From NCBI GenBank assembly GCA_965228735.1, contig OZ245838.1, positions 864,001-928,000 on the forward strand: a stretch of DNA of 64,000 nucleotides. The letters are read 5' to 3'. Position numbers and translations under genes: made by a program. Origin of the DNA: Planctomycetota bacterium. Its GTDB lineage: Bacteria; Planctomycetota; UBA1135; UBA2386. This document shows positions 17,486 to 27,892 of this stretch, in pieces. Numbering within the stretch: position 1 is the first letter of the stretch; each line of letters begins with the position of its first letter. Under the pieces are notes generated by a model, which saw nothing but the letters and a program-made list of their open reading frames with translations, did not search any database and had not been told where the DNA came from.

Positions 17486-18559
17486 CTACGGCGTCGGCGC
17501 CGCGAGCCCGTTGCGTCGGCGGCCGAAGTCTGCGACGAGGCGGTCGAGCACGGGATCGAGCAGCGGGCCGGGGCAGGCCGTGGCCTTGAAGTCGCTGTGG
17601 CGGTAGATGTGGCGCGGGCTGATGCCGTGGTCGTGCATGATCGCGCCGAGCAGCCGTTCGAGGGCGTCGACTTGCTTGCCGGTCGGCAGATGGCCGCGGC
17701 TGCCGCGCATGAAGTTGCCGAGCAGGCAGACGCCGACGTTGCGCACGTTGTTCGCGCCGCTGGCATGGGCGCCTTGCCAGCGCATCTCGCGCCCTTCCCA
17801 GATCCGGCCCGCGGGGTCGACGAGGAAGTGGTAACCGATGTCGCCGTAGGACCGGCCGTTCATGTGCTCGCGCTGGATGCGCTGGAGCTGCGCGGCGGTC
17901 GCGCTCGTGCCGAAGCTGCGGAAGTAGACCGCGGAGTGGTGCACCGTGACCCGCGTGGCGCGATCCATCCGGTTGAGTCGTCCGCGATTCGCGTTCGTCG
18001 CACCCCAGGAACGCCGCGGCTTCACGCCGAGCGCGGCCACGGCGTTGGCGCGCGCTGTCGGCGTCGGCGTGGTCAGTTCGGCGAGGCGACGCTTGAGATC
18101 GGGATCGAGCGCGAGGGCCCGCGCGCGGTCGAGGTCGTAGGTCGCGAGGTCGGCCGTGCCGGCGCGGACGTAGGCCAGGCCGCGCAGGTAGCGGGCGAAC
18201 GCCTCTTCGTTGGCGCTCGGCTTGTTGGGGCCGTAGAGCACCTGCGACGTCGCGTCGATGGCGGCGCGCGTGCGGCCGACCTCGAGCGCGAGGAAGGCCC
18301 GGCGCAGAACGACCGGTGCGGCCGTGCTATCGGGCAGCTGCTCGAGCTGCGCGATCGCGTCGTCGGCGCGCGCGAAGATCGCGTGCGACGTGACGCTGAC
18401 GGGAACGTTGATCGGGTCCACGGCGGGCGGCGGCGCGTAGCGCGGGCCGGCGCAGGCGACGAACCCGAGGCCGAGCAGGGCCGTGAGCGCTGCTGCGACC
18501 AGAGGTCGCCCGACTGGCGCGTCGCTGGGCGCCGTTGGAATGGACCGGATTTCTCGCAA
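17486..18559 (-). CDS. Lipoprotein N-acetylmuramoyl-L-alanine amidase (Amidase_2/PGRP-like) with a TPR-like segment
   Basis: TTG start after AGGAGG, lipobox FVAC, VHHSA, DIGYHF, EGR, GAHA, HSDFKATACPG. Confidence 0.85.
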   Translation of the reverse strand: MREIRSIPTAPSDAPVGRPLVAAALTALLGLGFVACAGPRYAPPPAVDPINVPVSVTSHAIFARADDAIAQLEQLPDSTAAPVVLRRAFLALEVGRTRAAIDATSQVLYGPNKPSANEEAFARYLRGLAYVRAGTADLATYDLDRARALALDPDLKRRLAELTTPTPTARANAVAALGVKPRRSWGATNANRGRLNRMDRATRVTVHHSAVYFRSFGTSATAAQLQRIQREHMNGRSYGDIGYHFLVDPAGRIWEGREMRWQGAHASGANNVRNVGVCLLGNFMRGSRGHLPTGKQVDALERLLGAIMHDHGISPRHIYRHSDFKATACPGPLLDPVLDRLVADFGRRRNGLAAPTP

Positions 18560-18798
18560 ACCACCCTCCTGCGGTCCGGCGACCCCGGATTTCGGGGGCG
18601 TCTGGCGACCGCGGCCAGGGCCCGATGCTAGCGGATGTTCCACGGCGTTGCCATCGCGCGTCCGGGGCGGGCCCGGGCTCGACTACGGAATGCTCCGGAT
18701 GCGCGGATCCGGCCAGTAGCGACCGTCGCGGGTCGGAATCGCGCGCGGCGCTCAGGCTGCCCCGGTCGACGGTCGATAGGTGCGCCGAGGGAATATCA

Positions 18799-19239
18799 AT
18801 GAACGCCAAGGTCGTTTTGCAGCTTACCGGGCCGATGGACCACCTCCGGCTGGTCTGGCAGACGGGTGAGACCCTGCTCGAGCCCGTGACGTTCGAAGAG
18901 GACAGCGAGGGCAACCGCTACAACGTGCTGCTCGCGCTGCAGGAGATGGTCACGAACGTGCTCCGGCACGGCTATGACCTCGACGAGACCCTGCCGATCG
19001 AGGTCGAGTTCGAGGTGTCGTCGCAGCAGCTCGCGATCGAGCTGCGGGACCGCGGCGCCGAGTTCAACCCGCTCGAGTTCGACACGGACGCGGCGGCGGC
19101 CGACGAGATGCCGACCAGCGCCGGCGGCTTCGGCATCCACATCGCCAAGATGGTGATGGACGAGGTCGAGTACGAGCGCCGCGGCGACTGGAACTGCCTG
19201 CGGCTCACCAAGGACGTTCTCTCGCAGGCCAAGGTCTGA
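18799..19239 (+). CDS. RsbW/SpoIIAB-like anti-sigma Ser kinase (HATPase_c_2)
   Basis: LALQEMVTNVLRHGY, DRGAEFNP, GGFGIHI, VEYER. Confidence 0.85.
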   Translation: MNAKVVLQLTGPMDHLRLVWQTGETLLEPVTFEEDSEGNRYNVLLALQEMVTNVLRHGYDLDETLPIEVEFEVSSQQLAIELRDRGAEFNPLEFDTDAAAADEMPTSAGGFGIHIAKMVMDEVEYERRGDWNCLRLTKDVLSQAKV

Positions 19240-19247
19240 GGCCCGCC

Positions 19248-20816
19248 GTGACACTGAGTCCAGGTTCGACCGAGCTGCTCGCGACCGTTCCGGGTGTGCT
19301 GCCCGGGGTCGGCGTGCGCGTCGTCGGTCACGACGGGGCGGAGGTCGCCCGCTTCGGCACGGCCGAGACCGCTGCCGACACGGTGCGGCGGTCGCTCGTC
19401 GATGCCGAGATCATCGCGAGTCTGCCGGCCGAGGCGCCGGAGGTCGTCGCGCTGCTCGCTGCGTTGCTCGACCTCGTCGAGGCGCGCGAACGGCTCGAGT
19501 CCGACATGGACAGCATGAACGCGAGCTCGCTGCGTCTGCTCGAGCAGGTCGCGACGCTGACCGAGACGCTGCCGCGGCTGTCGGCCGGCGTCGACGATAC
19601 CGACATCGCCCTGCTCGGGGTGCGCGCGTGTCAGCTCGCCAGCGCGACCGAGCGCGTCATGTTCCTCGCCGGTTCGCCCGAGACGGGGGCATGCGAGGTT
19701 CTCGTGGACCACAGCATCGACGGCATCAGCGACGCCGTGGACACGATCGGCAGCACGGTCCCGATCGACGGGTTGCTCGCCGACGTCCTCGCGGTGCACG
19801 ACGGCGTCATCCTGCGTTCCGTGCCGGAGAACGAGAAGCTCGGCGCGGACGAGTCACCCGAGCGGCTGGCGCGCCGCCAGGTTCTCGGCGTGCCCGTGAC
19901 CTACGGTGCCGGCGACAAGCGCGTCGTGCTCGGTGCGCTGCTGTTGTTCGACAAGGCCGCGACGAGCTACGGCAACGACGACGACCTCGGTTCGGAAGAA
20001 GGCCAGGTCGCGGAGTCGTTCGCCGCGATGCTCGGCGCCGTTCTCGGCGCGCGCAAGACGGCTGCGCTCGGCAAGGAGCTCAGCATGGCGCAGACGATCC
20101 AGCGCCAGATCCTGCCGCGCGGCGAACTCGAGCTCGGCGGCTTCGACGTGGCTGCCGACTATCAGGCGTGCGGCGCCGTCGGCGGCGACTACTTCGACTT
20201 CGTCAAGATGGCCGACGGCCGCACGATGGTCATCGTCGCCGACGTGTCCGGCCACAATCTCGCGTCGGGCATGATGATGGTCAGCGCCCGCGCCACGTTG
20301 CGCACGCTCGCGACCGTCCGGTCGGCGCTGGACCAGGTGTTCGACGACTTCGCCGGCGCGATGTACGAGGACCTGACGAGCACCGAGCGGTTCCTCACCG
20401 CGGCGGCGCTCGGTCTGCGCGAGCACGACCGCACGGTCGAGTACGTGAGCGCGGGGCACAACGACCTGATGATCTTCCGCGCGGCGAGCGGCGAGGTCGA
20501 ACGCGTGCCGACGGAGCACACGATCCTCGGCTTCCTCGAACGGCCGGGCTACACGTCGAGTCGCATCGAGCTGCAGTCGGGCGATTGCGTGTTGATCTAC
20601 ACGGACGGCATCACCGAGGCGACCGACGCGACGGAGGAGATGTTCGGCGAGGACCGACTCGCGAACACGTTGGCGGCCGCCGCGAAGAGCGGGAGCAGCG
20701 CGTGCGAGATCATCGCACGGGTGGTGGACGACGTGCATCGCTTCCGCGGCGCCGAGGTGGTCGGGGACGACGTGACCGCGGTCGTCGTGCGCTGCACGGC
20801 GGAGGAGACGAACTGA
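19248..20816 (+). CDS. SpoIIE/RsbU-family PP2C phosphatase with a GAF-like domain
   Basis: AQTIQRQILP, VGGDYFDF, ADVSGH, SAGH, YTDGITEA, DDVT. Confidence 0.9.
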   Translation: MTLSPGSTELLATVPGVLPGVGVRVVGHDGAEVARFGTAETAADTVRRSLVDAEIIASLPAEAPEVVALLAALLDLVEARERLESDMDSMNASSLRLLEQVATLTETLPRLSAGVDDTDIALLGVRACQLASATERVMFLAGSPETGACEVLVDHSIDGISDAVDTIGSTVPIDGLLADVLAVHDGVILRSVPENEKLGADESPERLARRQVLGVPVTYGAGDKRVVLGALLLFDKAATSYGNDDDLGSEEGQVAESFAAMLGAVLGARKTAALGKELSMAQTIQRQILPRGELELGGFDVAADYQACGAVGGDYFDFVKMADGRTMVIVADVSGHNLASGMMMVSARATLRTLATVRSALDQVFDDFAGAMYEDLTSTERFLTAAALGLREHDRTVEYVSAGHNDLMIFRAASGEVERVPTEHTILGFLERPGYTSSRIELQSGDCVLIYTDGITEATDATEEMFGEDRLANTLAAAAKSGSSACEIIARVVDDVHRFRGAEVVGDDVTAVVVRCTAEETN

Positions 20817-21187
20817 TGGCAGCTCAAAAGATCCTGGTCGTCGACGATGAACCGTTCATCTGTCGGTCGCTGTCGTTCGTCCTGCGCAAGGGCAACTACG
20901 AGGTGATCGAGGCGCGCGACGGCGAAGAGGCGATCGCGGCCATCCGCGATCACCGCCCGGACCTCGTCTTCCTCGACGTCATGATGCCGAAGATCAACGG
21001 CTTCGAGGTCACGGAGCAGGTTCGTGCCGACCCCGAGCTCGACAGTGTCAAGATCATCCTGCTCACGGCGAAGGGGCAGGAGAGCGACCGCGAGGTCGGC
21101 AAGACCGCGGGCGCGAACGACTACATGACGAAGCCGTTCAGCCCGACCAAGATCCTCGAACGCGCCCGCGAAGTCCTCGGCGGCTGA
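20816..21187 (+). CDS. Single-domain response regulator
   Basis: ATG overlaps the upstream stop. ILVVDDE, LDVMMP, LTAKG, KPFSP. Confidence 0.92.
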   Translation: MAAQKILVVDDEPFICRSLSFVLRKGNYEVIEARDGEEAIAAIRDHRPDLVFLDVMMPKINGFEVTEQVRADPELDSVKIILLTAKGQESDREVGKTAGANDYMTKPFSPTKILERAREVLGG

Positions 21188-21219
21188 GCCGGCAACCCGA
21201 CGAGCGGAGCCATCCGGCT

Positions 21220-21256
21220 TACGGAACCGGGTTCGGGCGTACGGAACCGGGTTCGA
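21220..21256. repeat. Intergenic direct repeat TACGGAACCGGGTTCG x2 (20-bp period)
   Basis: Copies at 21220-21235 and 21240-21255. Segment 21238-21256 is the exact reverse complement of 61362-61380. Confidence 0.85.
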
Positions 21257-21342
21257 GCCGGCACCCTGGCCGTGACCCGCTCCCGCCGTCGCCGCGGTCT
21301 GCAGTTTGGACCGGGTACCGTACGCCGGGTAGGTTGCTGCGC

Positions 21343-23415
21343 GTGACGAAGGCCTCCCGCCTCTGGCTGCTGCTGCCCGCGCTGTTCGCGCTCGCCTGGT
21401 ACTGGCCCGTGCTGTTCCACGGGTTTCGCAGCGACGACTTCCTCACGGTCTACTACTTCGACCGCGATGCCGAGTCGGTGAAGTGGGGGCGCGTGCTCGA
21501 AGAATGGGTGCGGCCGTGGTTCGGGGTGCGCGACCTCTACCGGCCGGTCGTGAGCCTGACCTACGGCCTCAACTGGGCGCTGTCGACGTCGCCGTTCGGC
21601 TTCCATCTGCTCAACGTCCTGTTGCTCCTCGGCACCGGAACGGCGGTCGGGCTCGCCGTGCGCCGTCTCGCACCGGGCAACGCGACGCCGGCCGCGGTTG
21701 CCGCGGCGGTCGTCGTGCTGTTGCACCCGGCGGCCGTCGAACCCGCGGCGTGGATCGCGGCGCGCACGACGGGACTGCAGGTGTTCTTCTCCGCGCTCGC
21801 GTACTGGACGTTCCTGCGCTGGCGCGACGGCGCCGGTTCGTTGTGGCCGCCGCTCGTTGCGACGTTCCTCGCGTGCGCGAGCAAGGAGGGCGCGGTCCTG
21901 TTGCCCGCCTCGCTCGTCGTGCTCGATCTGTTGCGGCGCCCGGCGCACCCTTCGGCCACGCCGCGCTGGCGGGCGTGCCTGCCGTTCTTCGCCCTCGTCG
22001 CCGGCTATCTGGTCTGGCGCCGCGTGCTGCTCGGCGTGTTCACGACCGCCGAGGACGGGCACACCCTCGCGGAGCGGTTCGAGAACGCGGGCGCGTTGTT
22101 CGCGCAGCTCGTCGCGCCGCCGGCCGACTCGGTCGCGTTCGCGATCGGCCTGCTCGTCGTGCTGCTCGGCGCGCCGCTGCGCGCGCTCCTCACGGTGCCG
22201 TGGGCTGCGCTGCTCCTGTTGCCGGGCACGACGCATGTCGTCCTCGACCAGCCCGGCGGCACGGGTCAGCTGGCCGGCCGCTTCGTGTTCGACGCCGTTC
22301 CCGCCCTCGCCATCTTCGTCGGCCTGACGGTCGGCGCGACGTCACGCTTGCGCGCACGTTGCGGCGTGGTCGGCGCGATCATCGCGGCGGTCGGGCTCGT
22401 GATCGCGAGCGGCAACTGGATCACGCGCTACGACGACGAGAACGTCGAGATCCGGGCCGCGCAGGAGGCCCTGCAGCGTGACGCGGCCGCCGCGAGTCGG
22501 CCCGGCCGGCCGTTCGGCGTCGCCGGGTTGCCCGCGCTGCCGATGCTGCAGCGCGAGCTCTGGGGCTTCCTCACGCAGCGGCCGTTCGCCGACGCAGACC
22601 TGGCGGTCGTCGGGCTCGACCACGTGCTCACGAAGAACGCGACGTCCGGCGCGTTCAACGACGCGGTGCCGCTCGCCCTGCTCGCGCGTGACGGCGCCGG
22701 CGTCGGCTGGTGGCAGAGCGACAAGCGCCGGCTGCTGCTGCTGCCGGACAGCGAGCCGGGCCAGGACGCCGTCGAGTTGGTGCGCAACCCAGCAGCGCCG
22801 ACGCAGTTCTTGCCGCCACGACCGCTGTCGCCGCTCGCCGCGCTCGCGATCGAGATCACGACCGGGGAGCCGGGCACCGAATGGCGCGTCGAACTGCTCG
22901 GGGCGCTCGGCGGCGACTTCGGAACGAGCGTGTCCAACCGCGGCGCGCCCGCGCGCGGGCAACCGGGATGGTGGGGCAGCGTGTTCTTGCCGTGGTTCGT
23001 CACCGCGCCGTTCGGCGGCGGCCCGGCCGGCATCGACGTGCGCTTCGACCTGCAGCCGCCGCCCGCGGGCACGGTCGTGCGCGCGCACGCGCGGTTGCCG
23101 CGGCTCGAGGGCGCGCCGAGCCTGCCCGCCGAACTCGGGCGCGACGCGTTCCTCGCGCGCGTGGTCGAGCCGCCGGCCGAACGCGAGAACGACCGGATGG
23201 CGCGCCTCTACGTGCTGCTGCCGACCGGCGTCTTCGCGCTCGACGCGGCGCCCGGCGCACCGACGGCGCGCCTCACACCGGCGCTGCAGAACGCGTTGGT
23301 GTTCGTCTGCGACGTGCTCGGCCCGACGCGCGTGCATTGGGCCTGGGTCGAGCTCGGCGACCCGCCGACGCGACCGCCGCGGTTCGGCGCGCTCCGATCC
23401 GCGATCGTGCGCTGA
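21343..23415 (+). CDS. GT-C-like (TMTC/PMT-like) multi-pass membrane protein
   Basis: F.SDD, YRPV, GFHLLNVLL, HP..VE..AWI.AR and SKE.AV motifs with many TM segments. The start could be 21334 (TTG) or 21343 (GTG). Confidence 0.65.
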   Translation: MTKASRLWLLLPALFALAWYWPVLFHGFRSDDFLTVYYFDRDAESVKWGRVLEEWVRPWFGVRDLYRPVVSLTYGLNWALSTSPFGFHLLNVLLLLGTGTAVGLAVRRLAPGNATPAAVAAAVVVLLHPAAVEPAAWIAARTTGLQVFFSALAYWTFLRWRDGAGSLWPPLVATFLACASKEGAVLLPASLVVLDLLRRPAHPSATPRWRACLPFFALVAGYLVWRRVLLGVFTTAEDGHTLAERFENAGALFAQLVAPPADSVAFAIGLLVVLLGAPLRALLTVPWAALLLLPGTTHVVLDQPGGTGQLAGRFVFDAVPALAIFVGLTVGATSRLRARCGVVGAIIAAVGLVIASGNWITRYDDENVEIRAAQEALQRDAAAASRPGRPFGVAGLPALPMLQRELWGFLTQRPFADADLAVVGLDHVLTKNATSGAFNDAVPLALLARDGAGVGWWQSDKRRLLLLPDSEPGQDAVELVRNPAAPTQFLPPRPLSPLAALAIEITTGEPGTEWRVELLGALGGDFGTSVSNRGAPARGQPGWWGSVFLPWFVTAPFGGGPAGIDVRFDLQPPPAGTVVRAHARLPRLEGAPSLPAELGRDAFLARVVEPPAERENDRMARLYVLLPTGVFALDAAPGAPTARLTPALQNALVFVCDVLGPTRVHWAWVELGDPPTRPPRFGALRSAIVR

Positions 23416-23498
23416 CTGCCAACTTGGCGGAGGCCCCGGTCGCACTTGGCGCCATTCTGGCAGCCCGCAAGCACCGGAAGTGCCATGAATGCGCCTAG

Positions 23499-25517
<2,019 letters not shown>

Positions 25518-25539
25518 CGCGTCCTGCCCGCGGGCAACG

Positions 25540-25566
25540 CGCCGATCACCCGAGCGGTGATCGGCG
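25540..25566. terminator. Hairpin between convergent genes
   Basis: CGCCGATCACC-CGAGC-GGTGATCGGCG 11-bp stem, preceded by another GC hairpin at about 25517-25542. Confidence 0.55.
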
Positions 25567-25572
25567 AGTGCT

Positions 25573-27744
25573 CTACGACCCGAGCACGATCTCGAGCGCG
25601 TCGGCCACGACGGCGTAGTTGCCGAGCGAGCCCTGCGGGTCGAGAGCCGCCGCGGTCGCCATGATCGACAGGCCCGCGAACGCGGGGTCGGCGGGCAGCG
25701 GCAGCGGCCAGGTCGCGACGCCGCCGGCATCGCTCACGGTGCCTCGCACGACCGGACTGGCGACCCACAGCGAGCAGCCGCCGCCGAGTGGCTGCGCGCT
25801 GCGCTGAAAGCCGAGGCCGAGCGCGGCGTAGGCGCCGGGTCGGATCGCCACGAGCCGGAACGCGAACGTCGGGTTGGGCACGGTGGGCTGGCCCGTCGCG
25901 ACGATCCGGGGGGAGCCGTTCGGGCTCGGGCACGCGCTGCCGTAGCGTTCCTTATCGGCGCCGACGAAGGTCGCTGGCCGCACGAGCACGACCCAGTCCT
26001 CGGTCGGCATCGCGGGTGGGCTGCCGAGGCTGCGCGCACCGCCGCCCTGGATCTGCGGTATCGAGCCGGCCTGAAGTCCACCGCCCGATCGCGGATCGTA
26101 GAACCGCACGTCGAACGCGCCCGCTTCCGCCGTGAGGTCGAGCGTGGTGGAGCCACCGTTCTCGAGATACACGACGAACACCCGATCGCCCGCGAGGCAG
26201 TGGCCGTTGCCGACGAGCCCGTCGGCGTTCTGCATGTTCCAGAACGGAACGCGGTTGGCGGCGAAGAACTCCAGTGCGTAGCGGCACTGGTCCCACCAGA
26301 GGTCGCGACTGCGAAAGTCCTCACACGTCAGATCGGAGTGCGCGTGGGCGTAGCCGAAGTAGCACTCGATGCCGGCCCCGCCGGCCATCAGGTGGCCCCA
26401 CAGCACGTCGGCCCGCGCGCCGTCGTGTGCCGGATCCACGCCGTCGGGCACGATGCCGTTCTGGGCGTTGCCTTGCTCGTCGTTGGCGACGACCCAGGGC
26501 CGGTTCGCCGCCGCCGACTGCTGCCGCCAGCTCAGAGTGTCCGCGAACACGTTGTTCGGCTGGCTCTGCAGGCTTGCGCCGGTCAGCTCCGACCCGATCC
26601 CGAGCAGTGGGGTGTAGACCGCGGTCTTCTGACTGGGATAGGTGTGGACGACGATGTTGTGGCCGTACGGATCGATCGCCCGGAAGTGCTGTGCGAAGGC
26701 GACGCGTTGCGCCGTGGTGTTGCTGTTCTCCTCGCCGAGGTTCCAGTTGAGCGCGAGATGGTGCCCGAAACGCGAGACCAGCTCGCGGTAGTACAGCTTG
26801 CGCTCCGGTCCGAGATTGCCGCCATCGAGGTCCTGGTCGTTCTCCGTCTCCTGGGTCTTGAAGTGCAGGTAGAGGCCGAGGCGATCGGCGTGCGCGAAGA
26901 CGGTCTCCCACTGGTCAAGCTTGCTGCAGTCGAACCGCAGCGGGTCGTTCGGGTCGACGTAGGGGAAGACGTTCTTGTCGTCGCCGTTGTGGCTGTAGGT
27001 CAGGAACGACACGGCGTTGAGACCTTCCGAGGCGAGGTAGTTGAGGGCGCCGATCAGCTCCGTGCCCCTGCCGCCCTGCCACGACGGATCGCCCGGCTGC
27101 CAGTCCACTGCGTGTGGTGACCAGCTCTTGCGTCGATTGCCGACGTTCGGCGTGTTGTCGATATCCTCGTAGGCCAGCAGGTTCTCGGGCGAGTCGGCGC
27201 CGGCCTTGAGGAACCAGCTGCCGTCCGCGAACTGCAGATGATGGCGACCGACGTAGCGCAGCCGACCCTTGCCCCGGTGGTCGCGGCCGGATTTGTCGGT
27301 TGCCGTGACCTCGAACGACCCCGTCACGCCGTCGAATGGTGCGAGGGCTGCACCGGCCGTCGGCGACAGATCGACCGCGACGTCCGGGCCGGTGCGGAAC
27401 GAGACGGTGAACGTCCACGTGCCGACGTGGTCCGGTGCGAACCACGCGCGCCAGACGTCGCCGCCCGTCGCCGAGGTCTCCGCTGCCTGACCGTCCGCCG
27501 CGAAGTGACCGGGAACTTCGTAGGTCGTGTTCGAAGCCGCGTGCACGAACGTGACCTGCATGCGGTGGTCGAGGAACGGGTTGGGCGTTGCGCCCTCGGT
27601 GGCGGCCGGGCCCTCGAGCAGGACGGCGACGCGATGCCAGCGGCGCAGACCGTCGGGAGCGTCGACGGTCACCTGCTGGGCCGTCGCAACGGTGGCAGTC
27701 ACCGTCGAGAGTGCGAGAACGAGCGCGGTCGTGCGAGGGAGCAT
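25573..27744 (-). CDS. Secreted DUF5060-domain glycoside-hydrolase-like protein with the shared C-terminal domain
   Basis: Signal peptide, NPFLD...VPGHFAADG, KAGADSPEN, ETEND, WNLGEEN, NDEQG, a collagen-binding-like segment (FYDPRSGG...DWVVLV) and a terminal YGSAC...GCSLWV domain. Confidence 0.8.
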   Translation of the reverse strand: MLPRTTALVLALSTVTATVATAQQVTVDAPDGLRRWHRVAVLLEGPAATEGATPNPFLDHRMQVTFVHAASNTTYEVPGHFAADGQAAETSATGGDVWRAWFAPDHVGTWTFTVSFRTGPDVAVDLSPTAGAALAPFDGVTGSFEVTATDKSGRDHRGKGRLRYVGRHHLQFADGSWFLKAGADSPENLLAYEDIDNTPNVGNRRKSWSPHAVDWQPGDPSWQGGRGTELIGALNYLASEGLNAVSFLTYSHNGDDKNVFPYVDPNDPLRFDCSKLDQWETVFAHADRLGLYLHFKTQETENDQDLDGGNLGPERKLYYRELVSRFGHHLALNWNLGEENSNTTAQRVAFAQHFRAIDPYGHNIVVHTYPSQKTAVYTPLLGIGSELTGASLQSQPNNVFADTLSWRQQSAAANRPWVVANDEQGNAQNGIVPDGVDPAHDGARADVLWGHLMAGGAGIECYFGYAHAHSDLTCEDFRSRDLWWDQCRYALEFFAANRVPFWNMQNADGLVGNGHCLAGDRVFVVYLENGGSTTLDLTAEAGAFDVRFYDPRSGGGLQAGSIPQIQGGGARSLGSPPAMPTEDWVVLVRPATFVGADKERYGSACPSPNGSPRIVATGQPTVPNPTFAFRLVAIRPGAYAALGLGFQRSAQPLGGGCSLWVASPVVRGTVSDAGGVATWPLPLPADPAFAGLSIMATAAALDPQGSLGNYAVVADALEIVLGS

Positions 27745-27892
27745 GCGCTCGTTGTAGCAAGCGCGGCGGAGCCGCACAGGGCGGGCAGCTCGAGCTGCCG
27801 GCGAGTCCGGTGACTGTCCGGAGTAATCGAATCGGTGCGGCCACGACGCGTGCCGTGACCACACCGATCGTGCCGCGCCTGCGGCCCGCGGC

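Noticed and set aside
23455..23486. Possible CIRCE element upstream of dnaK (TGGCA...TGCCA)
   Set aside because: The arm spacing is 3 nt longer than TTAGCACTC-N9-GAGTGCTAA and the arms match poorly.
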